A stretch of DNA of 64,000 nucleotides, taken from assembly GCA_010093815.1 (NCBI GenBank), contig ML996565.1; one strand, 5' to 3'. Made by a program: the position numbers and the translations under genes. This stretch comes from Pseudovirgaria hyperparasitica (lineage: Eukaryota). The first letter of the stretch is position 1. Every line of letters starts with the position of its first letter. This document shows positions 24,713 through 36,400 of this stretch, piece after piece. The notes under the pieces are model-generated. The model was not told the origin of the DNA. It was given only the letters and a program-made list of their open reading frames with translations, and ran no database searches.

Positions 24713-26576
24713 TCATAGAGATACGTCGAGTACCATGCTCACATCACTCACTTGGGCGCCTGCCAGGTCTTCGAGTACGGGAATGAGGTCGAGCAGCTCA
24801 TTATCGTGAGCATCGGAAAACCAACTGCTGATCGGCACAGCATGCTGGGGGTGGAATATGTAGGATGTAGGCGAATTGTCGATAATGATTGTTTCTCTGA
24901 GTTCACGCCCAACTTGTGATAAATCCTTTGAAAAATTAGTACGGTACAGCATAAAGCGTGAATAACGGTGACGTACCTTCACATAATTTCCTTGGTGATT
25001 ATAACAGCTCTCACGGAAGAGACGATGATGAACGACGCCATGGATATCGAGCTTGTCCAGTAGAGGATCTCCGTATTTTGATACGGATGCGGTGAATACC
25101 ACCACTTCGTATAGCTCGCCAACTCGCTTCAGGAAAGCATCAACACCAGGTCTCTTGATGACATATACATTATGATATTGGCCTTCAATTTCGACCGGGA
25201 TCGTCATGTCAGCCTGGTGGAGAACCTTGAAACTACTGTGAACCAGCGTCTCATCCAAGTCAAGGACGAGGCACTTCTTGCCCTTGAACTCGGGCCGGAT
25301 TGGAGGGAGTAAGTATCGTTTACCCGGCTCAACACTGCTTGTGGTCTCGAGAGTAGTACCAGGCACAGGCGCGGTGCCAGTCTGTGCTTGTCTCTGGTCA
25401 AGAGGTGGAGGGGGAGGGAGATCCACGGTGCTAGAGGTTGCTGCGTCTGTCTGCGCAGCCTCGCCTTCTTTTGCAACATCGTTCGGTGCCAACGGTAGTG
25501 ATGGGGGAGCATCTGACATTTCTATGTCAATGTCAAGTTGACGTTGTTCCGGAGACCTGTCAGCAATCGCCTCTTCGTGTGGAGATGCTACAGGGGTCGG
25601 CGCTTGCACAGTGACCTGTGGGCCTGTGTCCAATTGGCCGGGCTGTATTGGCACATCTGGCAACGGCTGTTCGGTGCGTTCGGCAGAGACAGCTGGTAGT
25701 GCGGCGACAGCAGTATTTGATACTTGTTGCTCTTCCGACATCCCATCAATCTGACCTGTGGTGTCTACGTTGCCTCCGAGTCCTCCGACAGCCGCCTTCT
25801 CGGGATCTCCTTCTTGTGTATCTGCGGTACTCGACTCAGGCGCCTTCGCATCCTGTTTGGGGGTCGGTTGAGTGCTACGGCCAGAGCGCAACTTGCTCGC
25901 CTTCTTCGACGGCTCTGTGGGCTCGTCCTGATCAACGAGATTGCCGCTCTTTGGTACACCACAGCAGTTCAAGAATGCTAGCAATCCACCTTTGCCCTTC
26001 TTCTGGCCCTTTTCAGACTCAGGTGCCTCGACCCCCTGTGCTTGAGAATGTTTCTCTGATCTCGTCGGCCTAGCCTGTGACGCACCGCTGGTTGTACTAC
26101 CTGCTCGACGTCTCCCGGTCAAGCTTCGTTTCGAAGCCCGACCAATGCTTTCTGAGGATCCACCGACAGTCGCCCCGCTTAGCGCAGTACTCGTAGTCCC
26201 GGCCTCGTCCTTATTCTGAGATTGTGAAGATCTTGGGATGTTTAGGAGAGAGCGTTTGCGACCAGGTTGGTCTTCTGTAGATCCACCACGCCCAGACTTC
26301 AGGTTACTCTTGGATGACTTACGCGACGAAGGCCGCTTGGCTGAGCTCGCAGAATGTGAACGATTCGACGCTGATGAGCCTGCGATTAATTGATCAGTAC
26401 CAATTGACGGCAGAAGCTTAAACGTAGATGGAAGATGGTAAGAGAGTATAGAATGTTGACATACGGGACTTGCGAGGACCGTTGGGTTGAGGCGTGCCAG
26501 AGTCGATGGGAACTTTGCCTGTGGCAGTTAACCGATCCGAGTGATCTCCAACAGCTGGAGGAGCTTCTTGGCTCAT
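24713..26576 (-). CDS. PSR1: PSR1/PSR2-type HAD-family (NIF/FCP1-like) protein phosphatase, ~575 aa, 3 exons (introns 26380-26464, 24926-24976)
   Basis: [16 protein letters not shown] (DxDxT), [45 protein letters not shown]. Confidence 0.92.
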
Positions 26577-28260
26577 GTGGGGCAATGAGGCCCTCAAGGG
26601 AGGCCGAAGACAATTGGAAGGACGTTGAGACAGAGGGCTTGAGGCGACACAGCTCAAACGTACTGAGATGAGTTGGCGGAGGCGATAATGGCCGGGTGAG
26701 CCTTATGCGATGGGTCGCGAGTGTATGGCGAGGGAGCTCGGAGGAGTGGGAGCGCGCGAGCTTGACACGAGACAGCAGCGACAAGGCTTGACTCGGAGCT
26801 CGTCCTAACGAAGATGCGCGCGATGAGGATGACAGGCTGAAGGTGAGCGGTGGATGGTGGAGGGTTGATGGTGAGGTAAGTTGAAGGAAGGTTAGGTCTG
26901 GCAGGCGGAACAGCCAGCGAGGCCGGGGGCAGAAGTGTAAGCGAGATTGAGCGGCAGCGGCCTTGGAGAAGGTCAAGAACAGTTGCAGTGAAGCTGGAGC
27001 TGAAACGGTGCAATGCGTACAACGAATGTACGGGATGACGGGTATGTACCGGCAGCAAGGAAGTAGATAGACAATAATCAGTAGATAGATAGACAAGCTG
27101 GAGAATATAATGGTCCGGAATCGAAGAAGAAAAGTCACGAGGAGATGAGGACCGGGGGGGATTCAACGCCAAAAGGCCCAAAGCAAGCACACTCACTCAC
27201 TCTCACTTCGTTGGCGATGCAGCCAGAGCGAGCGCCAGAGTCAGACTAGAACAGTCTTGATTGATAGCTAAGCCATTACCAGGCATATTAGCAGTCTATT
27301 ACCTTGGTAACGTACCGGCCAGCAGTTGGGCCACCACCTAACAATACGAGCTACAGTATGTACCGGGCTAATACCTCACTCACCAAACGGGAGACCAGGG
27401 CAAGCTCTCCACCTCCCTCTCTCTCCCTCTCGCTCGCCAGGATCCAGGAGATCCATGCCCATGCCCATCGTCACAGAGGCTCAAAGCTTGATCAACCTAC
27501 TGTGGACAATAAACATACCCAGCTAAGTATCACATATCTCATCCACATTATTATATCATATCCATCCCCATCCCCATTCCCATCACTCTCCACATCCCGG
27601 TCGACATCACACCCAATCCTCCACATTATCATCAACTCCCCTATTATCCCTCACCCTCAACACCCCAATTACCAACCCACGCCATCCTGCGCTCTGATTC
27701 GTGCAAACCAGCAAGTTCATAAGCGCGCGAGCTCGGACAAACGACGACATCTGCTGGCCCCGCTGGAGTGGGAAATTACAGACAGTGGGGGCATTTGGCG
27801 CCAATCAGTGCCGACTATTGGGAACCTACCTAGGTTGGAATGGATAGGTAAGGCACCTAGGTAATCCAGAGTTACCAGGGCAAAGAGAGCTGTGACGGGC
27901 TTGGCGGTCGGTGCTGCGTGTGGACTGTGGAGATATGTATGATGGCGACGGCGGATTGTGCATGGTATATTGTGCTGACAGGAGAACATTGTACTGTGAT
28001 AACATGTTTACAGCGATGCATTATCACGATCGAGTGCGTGGTATTAGAATATGCGTCTGTCTGTTCGTCTATATGTATGTACTGTATCCAGTCTGTACAC
28101 CACCGCGCCACGCCACGCCACGCCGGGCTGCCACAATTGTGTCTATCCACCCAATGCATTAAAAAACTGCTAAACGCTAAAACGTTAGGTATCATGAATG
28201 CAACGCCGTGCTCTGAATAAAATACTCATACAACAACAAAAGCGAACGTGTGCATCCCTT

Positions 28261-29929
28261 CTAGTAGCCAACCTCGCCAAGCACAAACTCGCCAATCACG
28301 CCCGCAGCTCTTATAAAGACATACAGTGGCCCTCCTATTAGTATCCAGCCGAGCGTCTGAAATATGCCTACGATCCACTCGCCAGTCTCCTTGTCGCCTG
28401 CAACGTTAATCCCGTCAGCAGCAAGTCTTTTTCGTGAGAAGCCTTCGCCGATGCGGATCCAGATGCCGTATAGTGCGACCGAGAAAAAATGGTAGAAGAG
28501 GACCATAGGGTTGGGGATGAGACCGGCGAGGAGACCGACAGGCCCGTCCACGCAGGCGCCGCCGCGGAGAAAGTAGTGGAAGCAGCCACGTTGAAGTGTG
28601 GCGAGAGTTGGGTCGTTTGCCGCGAAGAGGCTGTACAGCGCCATAGCGAGGATGTTGATGACGGAGCTGCCGCCTTTGCGCTGCCAGTGGAACCACTTGA
28701 ATTGGTGTAGAACAGCTTTGGTATCCGACAGCTCAGGTACAATTTCGGGGGATAGCATATCGCTGAGTAGGACGACATCTTTGAACGCGACAGTCATACC
28801 GCCACCGGTCAAAGGATGTCGCATATTTAATGCATCGCCGATAATGGCCATGCCAGGGGTGCAGTTTGTTGCAGCGGGAAGGAAGGAGTTAGGCATGCTT
28901 CGTAGACCGCCCGCTTCGAGAGCTGCTTTGAAACTTGGTTGGACACTCTTCGGCAGGCTAGGCAGAACAATGTTCTTGATGTATCCCTTGACACCTCCAT
29001 TCTTTACAGATGCCTTCTCGTAGCCTTCTGGTACGTCAATTAGCACCCTTGTCTCGTGAGTTCCGATCTGATACAGGAGTACAGGGGGCGAATCTGAAAG
29101 ATTGACCAAGCCATGCTGGGTTCTCGGTAGGTCGCAGTCAATCAGTTCCATGCCGAAGAACTTCGAGCGCTGTTTTGGTGTCCGCGTGTGGTGTGTCTTT
29201 CTGAATTTCGAGGCGTAGCCGTCGCATGCTAGTGTGAGGTGTCCAAAATACTGCTGACGTTTAGTCAAGAGCAAGGGATAACTTCTTGACAACTCACGTA
29301 ATCTTTCTCTCCATTTGTTGAACATTCCACACCAAGGATCTGTCCTGTGTAGTCATCCTTGACAAAATCGTTCGCGGTGGTCTCAACGACTGTCACATTT
29401 GGTGTACGCATGGCTGCCTCTCTCAACTTCTGAATGAATCTTCCATGGTGAAAACTTCGACCTTCTGGCAGCTCTGTGCCACCAGGATTCGTATATGGAA
29501 TGTGTACAGGCGCGCCATAGTAGCGTACTTCGTAGCCTTTGCAAACGGTGGCGTCGATACCTTCGAGACAGTCTGTGGTGTAGTCAGTAACCAGTTTTCC
29601 AAAGAAAGAACGCACGACCAGTCCTGTGGATATGTACCTCTTAGACCAAGTTTCTCTAAAGCTTTTACTCCCCCAGGTTGTAGCAATTCTCCAACAATTC
29701 GATTCGGTTGCCTTAGGTCTCTCTCTAGTAAGATAACGCTTCTACCTTGCTTGCCAAATGCCACAGCAGCAGCCGTTCCTATTATTCCAGCGCCAACTAT
29801 CACTATATCTGCTTCATGGTGCCGTTCCCGCCGAATTTTGCGGGGGTCGGTCGATTCGTTCGTAATGATTGACTTGACGGCAGGCGTCGCGGGTGGTGAA
29901 GGACTTGGGGAGTCGAGTATCATAGGCAT
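28261..29929 (-). CDS. ERG1: Squalene epoxidase, ~518 aa, 3 exons (introns 29573-29637, 29251-29297)
   Basis: IVGAGIIG FAD motif, RIVGELLQPGG, SFHHGRFI, CDGYASKFR, GDALNMRHPLTGGGMTVA, C-terminal hydrophobic helices. Confidence 0.97.
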
Positions 29930-31013
29930 CGTGATAGTCGTAATAGTTGTATGTGGGAAGTATACTAATCAAGGCGTGGCAGCCTTTCGAGGTTGATGCG
30001 ACAAGAATGTAGAGCAGCGCAATCGGGTATATGCGAGCAGATGGCTCCGCGCGGCGGCGGAAGAGGTTTTGACTATCTTAGGAGGGATGGAGATGATGGC
30101 GTGAAAAAGTCCGTGCGACGTACACCCTGAAAATCGAGCTGCGTTTACATCGAACCACCATCCGCCGTGCTGGCGGGGCTTTACCCTATCGGGCAATGTC
30201 CAGTGCCTGACAGGCCACCGAAAGATCAAGTCATGTGAAAGTCGTAAGATGTGGATTCCCGCGACATCATCACTTGTCTCGCCAATCTGTGGCGGAAGAG
30301 GTGGAGCAGGCAACGGCATCAGCATCGGGCCATCCATCCATGTCTTTCTCTCGCCCACCGCTCAATTGCCGAAATCCCATAGCGAAACATAACTTTGTCT
30401 TCCAGACTATACTGCACGACGTTGAGATCAGGCTATGAGGCACTGCATCTGTTTCTGTTTTCACAATATATGGGCAGCCAGGAGAAGATAATGCCACCCC
30501 CGTTATCAATTACTATGGTCAAGCTTCACAGTCGTACGTAGCCCTGCGACCTTGTAATATACGTCAATCGTCAATCAACATCGCCATGATAGGACCCCAA
30601 CTGTTGCTACCGCGGTTGGCTTAAAAGAACAGAAGTGACTTGGTGCCTTAAGGCATATTTTGCATCATATGGAGCTAGCTTCATGGGGCCGGTCTTTTCT
30701 ACACTCAGCCAGGCAGGCCGCAGATAATGCCTAGTACTTTGAGTGCTAGGTACTTCGAGTGCCATTGCTTATTTACAATCCATCGTGGCAATATAGCACA
30801 ATTTACATGAACATGACCTTGATCACAAACAATTCAGGCTAGATCTGATCGAGTCCAACCATCGGTCCAGAGACGACAATAGCGACTGAACAGCATGTGT
30901 CTAGTCAACGAGTAGTAGCAGCATTTTCAGACGTGTAGCAGTATACACAAGTCAGTCGCTGTTGATTCAATTCCTTCAACGGTAGAAGAAGTTACACGTC
31001 AGCTTCTACGAGC

Positions 31014-32340
31014 ATGAAGAAGAGGGCGTACCATAGCAAGTCCCGTAGAGGATGCAGCAATTGTAAGACTAAACACATCAAAGTACCTCAACACCGTACC
31101 AAGGCTAGCCTACATGTACTGATCTTAATAAAAGTGCGATGAGCAAGGTCCTCCCTGCGCGAACTGTATCTCGCGGGAGAGAGAAGCTTCATGCGCTTAT
31201 AATTCTACTGTCGATGCAAGTGCCAAAACTTCAATCGGTCGCGTCAGAAAGTCTCCTCCAGGTCAATCAACAGAGCACGAATTCCAGAGATTACAGGCCC
31301 GCCATCTGCTCGAATTAGAACTTATGCATAGATGGACGTCGACGACGTATCGATGTGTTTTGCAAATGGAAGGAGATGCACACTACCACCGGATAGAGAT
31401 CCCACGTGCCGCACTCTCAGAGCACTACCTGCTGAACAGTATTTACTCACTTACTGCTTTAGATATTGCTGTTCGGGGTTGGGACGGCGATCGATGGGAG
31501 GATATTCCTTCTCTACACCATTCAAGCGATCCTGGTGACCGCAAACTCTATATACAGGCGGCGTTGGAATACTACGATAAAGCGATAGTTTTGTTCCGGT
31601 CTGAGATCGATAAACTTAGCCCAAGGACATATCACTGTGCATACATCTTCGCATGCCACGTCTTCATTATCAACATGGCTCTTCCACAAGCTGTTCCGGC
31701 TGAACACGAGCCTGTAACGCAAGAAGACATGGCCCAAAAGACACCAAACATCTTCACTCGGCTTGCCACTACGTTCAGTCTTATGCAAGGCGCTGGACGT
31801 ATCGTGCGAATGGACCCGGAATGGTGGAAAGACACGCCCGTAGAGCCCATCATTCTCGCAGGATTTTCTGCTCTAAAGTCCGTTAGCCAGACTGGACTTA
31901 AACCTCCACGCAAGGCTATCTGGCAAAGCGTCAAGGCAGTTGCAGATGCAGAAGTGCCCGATTGGATGGACTCCACCGTGTATCGCGGCTCCATGGACCA
32001 GCTAGCCACGCTCCTGCTTATTGAAGATGGTGCCGTCGTGATCCATGGATGGACTCTAGCCTTGCCGATGTTTATGGGACAAGGATTCCTGGACGCATTT
32101 CTTGCTCAGGACAGGCTAGCCCTCTTTGTAATATTGCACTGGGCTGTACATCTGGTGGCGGATGAGCATTGGTTTTGGTGGTTGAAACATGTTGGAAGAG
32201 AAACAGTTGGCGAACTCTGCCAGATATTGAGAACTATGGACGAACCAGTGGGTGCAGGCAAGGCCTGGAGAGATGGACTTGACTGGGCGGAAGAATCAAT
32301 CCGGAAAGATCCCAAAGAAAAAAATGACTTGGACTTATGA
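31014..32340 (+). CDS. Zn(II)2Cys6 transcription factor, Upc2-like C-terminal domain class, ~424 aa, intron 31083-31134
   Basis: Spliced HSKSRRGCSNCKTKHIK|CDEQGPPCANCISREREASC gives six Cys; LELELMHRWTSTTY, YLLNSIYSLTAL, AYIFACH, ALFVILHWA patterns. Confidence 0.88.
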
Positions 32341-33426
32341 GAACGTGTCTATCACAGAGTTGACTACAAGGCAATTATTTTCTGCCTTCCCACAATGCTG
32401 CTTCTCATGTCGAGAACATTGGATTGATCGGCCAGTATGTGATGTTGTCGCTGCCTTGACCTATAATCTAGATAATGAACCATGATCCGTTGCTTTGAAC
32501 CGGTTCTTGTCCTCCAAGTTCTCTTTGTCCCAGATCATAATGGCAACGACCCAACTCAACATAGCATGATTAGATTCAAGATCACAAGAGCTTGTCCTTG
32601 TCTTTCTGGTCCACTCCAGTCGCGATCATTTTTGGACATCTCCGGAGGAGGAGATATCCACACTCGCACACTGGCCAATGGAAGATACATATGAAACTGA
32701 CTATTTCGCGCTCGAAAACAGCTTCTCACTTCTCTGCATGTAAATCACACACATTCAAGATCCAGAACACGAACGGACTTGTAATTTGAAAATAATTACT
32801 TCTCAGGAACGATATTCAATGATAATGATCCTGCCCACGGGATTCATGTTGTCGCCCTTGACTGAGGCATTAATATATATCAGGCAGTGTCAAATACAAC
32901 ACTTTGTAACCTCAGTATTGAGCTCAGGTGAGCCTAATGAAGTTATTAGTCCCGATTATACAGAGGGGCTCAAGGCGAACAGAGATTGATGACGCTACCA
33001 CAAAACGCAAGAGGATGAGAACATTGAACTGAATGCCTGTTGGATGTTTCAAAAATTGCTTCTATAGGCTAGTCCAAGGAGCAATAGTGTCATCCTCGGG
33101 CTGTCAGATACCTCTAATCGCTGCTTCACGGCAGGTTCGATATGGATGGTGAAAAGGCTAGATCGACCTGCTCATTCGTATACCGTTGTCCTGGATCATG
33201 TCCATTATTCAGCATAGCCGGCGAGGACCGAGGCCAAAGCGATATTTGTGATATTATTGTAATATCCTCGGACACTGGGATAGGAACGTCGTGCGCACGG
33301 CGATGTCTGTTCACGGAGATCCGTAAGGATTGGAATTTCTCAATTAGAACCATACTTAAAGAAGCAAATAAACTTTTATGCCCTTCTACAAACTCCTAAC
33401 GGCCTCATCTCACAAAGTATAGTCTA

Positions 33427-36400
33427 TCATGACGAATCGACAACCTCCTTGAACCACTGCCTTAGTGCCATACTCAGCACTCCCGGCAACTCAGCCACGT
33501 CTCTTACAACAACATACCACCTGAATGCAAAAGTGTCCATGTACCTCTTCCACACGACCTTGCCATCATCTGTAAACTCCGGACTACGCAGGTCTAACAC
33601 ACTATCCTTGACCTCGTCGCCCGCACCCGAAGCCGCACTCGCACCCTGCGCCTTCCTTACAGCATCAACAATGACAAACACAATCATGATGCGCTCCTCC
33701 TGAGCTTGCCTTACGAGGCGCTGAATTTCCGCATGATTGTCATGATAGCCATCAGAAATGACAATGCCCAACTGCCACAAATCGGCGCCGGCTCCAGAGG
33801 CACGCAGGCGAGCATCGCGGAAGATGTCAATGCTCTGCTTTACCAGCTTTTTGACATCTGTACCCTTTTGCTGGAAGCCGAATTGTCGGAGCACGTCTGC
33901 ACCAGCTTCGCTGCTCCACGCGCGCTCAAAAGGATGTGCAATGCGCACTTCGCTTCCGAAGCTGACGACAGCTAACTCGCCTGCTTCCAGCATATTCAGT
34001 GCACGGCTCACCAGTGCCAGGGTTTCGAATGCAAGGTCCGTTGTACGGCGCTCCGCCATGGATTGGGAGTCGTCAAGCGCAAGCATGATCTGGTATGCGC
34101 GTTTTGACGGGAGAGAGCGGCGCAGCCAGATCTTGTCGCGTTTATATGAGGACGCGATATAGGGGATGATCCGCTTGAGGTTGAGACGTTTGCCAGTGCG
34201 AAAGTCGCCGCGAAGTTTAGTAGCTGTGGTAGGGGAGAGGATAAGGCGAAGCTGCTCAGTGAGGGACTGCGACAGGGGGCGGGTGGAGTTCTCGTGGTGC
34301 GACCAGAGGACGCGGGCTTCTTGAGCCGTGCGAAAGGTGTTTGAGGAATCGAGGTGGGTGGTTGAGAGTTGATATTCGATTGGTTCGATGTCATCTGCGT
34401 CTTCGTCGGGGTTTTCATCCTCGATTTGCATGTCGTCGTCAAAGCGGTCTCTGGGCTGGTTTGACTCACCAATAAAAGTATGAGGTTTGCCATCGCTTTC
34501 TCTGTCTTGAGTAAGATCATTCTTGTCCCTCTGGTTAGCGTCCTGCGGTGTTAGTTCGTCTTCTTCTTCTTCTTCTTCATCATCGACGTCCATGGCATAT
34601 TCGTCCTTCTTTTCCTCCTGAACGTTATCTGAAGGTAGTGCGAGATCCTCATTGATTGCTTTGGCTTGCTCCTCGGTGGCAGCTCCGAGCGCCTGAGCAT
34701 CGGCCTTAGCCTCGTCGTCAGGTAGATGCTCGAAGTCCGCGTCAGTCATGTCGACTTCCTTATCCTGGTCTGAACTTTCTTGGCACTGAAAGGAAGGATC
34801 AAGAATTTCGCGTTGTTGCTTGTACCAGCGCTCTATTGTGTCGCCAATCTTCTTGAATGCACGACTTTCCGCGCTTTCCTCGTCTTCGCCTCGCCCTGCG
34901 CCGTCAGTAATGTCGGCACGCTGCTCGGTACCCGCTTCGGTCGGCTGCTGACTTTCAGGCTCGGTAGTATCTCCCGAAGTACCTTCATTTTGATTTGCTG
35001 CAGCGCCAGTCGATGGATTCTGTTGGTCATGCTCCATGTCCATTGCATCTTGACCGGATCCAAGGTCGGCAGACTCGTGAGCAGCATGCTCGTTGTCTTT
35101 ATCTGGCAAGTCATGGACATCGTCCTGGTGTTGTTTAGGGCCTTCTTGCTCGTCTTCGACTTCTTCGAAATCAGTCTTGTCTTGTTCGTTGGTGAGCTCC
35201 TCTTCGGTTTCCTCCGGAGTGACAGTCGGATCCTCATTGTTTCCATCCATAGACTCGCCATCTTCCATGTCGTCGTCTACTTCCGGGAGGTCATTTTGGC
35301 ATTCTGCATCTGGTTGCTCCTCAGTATCGTCGAAGTCGTCAAATTCGCCCAGTCTGTCCGAGGCAGTATCAGATTTGTTGTCATCCATATTTAGATCGTC
35401 TGGAAGGTCAAGCTTTTCGGTCTCTTGCATATGAGGATCCATCTGCTCGACCTCATCTTGACCAATTGCTTCTAACTCTTCGTTGCCATCCTCCGCCTCA
35501 GACTCATCTTGATCTTCAGCCTCGTCTTTGAATTCTTCCCCCTTATTTTTGTCGTCGCTAGCTGCGACCTGCTCGTCCTTGTTTTCCGAACCATTTGCGT
35601 CCTCGCCGGCCTTTTCCTTATCATTGTCGTTGCCACTCTCATCCCACATCTTCTCATCGACTGTTGATGGTCCAAGGTCATCAACGTCGCCCACGTCATC
35701 CTCTATATCATCGTCCCCCTTATCGCTAGTCTCACTGTCGTCAGTGGCCTTCTCTTCGACATCACCAATCTCGCCCTCCATTTCTTGGTCTGCCATGTCG
35801 ACAGCGTCCTTTTCGTCCTCGATGTCATCATCTTTTTCGTTCTTATCGCCGGGCTCCTGGGCCAAATCAGCTAAATCCTCATCATCACCAATATCTTTGC
35901 TGATATCTTCCGCGCCCTCGCCTTCACCAAGACCAGTACCAGCTTCAAGTTTCTCGTTTTGTCCGCTCTTCTCATCAGACATCTCTGATGGGGTACAGAA
36001 ACCCTGAGTGCCAACCTGGATAAAAGATTTACTAAGATGATACAGCATCTGAGTCGTGATAGTGTGGAAATCAGTGTATTTGGTCAACAGCTCTGAACAA
36101 GAGTTACTGTATTGTCGGAACACAGGAAGAATAGATGATGTCAATGCGGCAATAATCGTGACTGAGTTGTCCGGAGCTGCATGTACAGTAAAGCGGGTAT
36201 ATGTTAGCCTGATTATGCCTTCGATACGATTGCAGACTTGCTGTAAACGCAGTGATTTCGTGATGTTCGCGAAGGCCTTATTGTGATTAACAAGCCAATT
36301 CTCATTGTCAGTAGCGAGTGATAGAGCTGGGAGACCACTTTCTACTTCTTCGACAGCGGCCAGCATGGCATCTGCAGTGTCAAGTATAGCACTTTGGGCA

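Noticed and set aside
24099..26479. Identical 14-mer GGACTTGCGAGGAC at 24099-24112 and 26466-26479
   Set aside because: A single 14-nt direct match is expected by chance in 64 kb; no extension or target-site duplication
26386..27864. Long low-complexity ORFs (250, 180 and 186 aa) upstream of PSR1
   Set aside because: Pyrimidine-rich leader/promoter sequence lacking stops by composition; no domain features
34540..35900. Extreme D/E-rich, repeat-like stretch including (TTC)n
   Set aside because: This is the expected acidic tail of midasin
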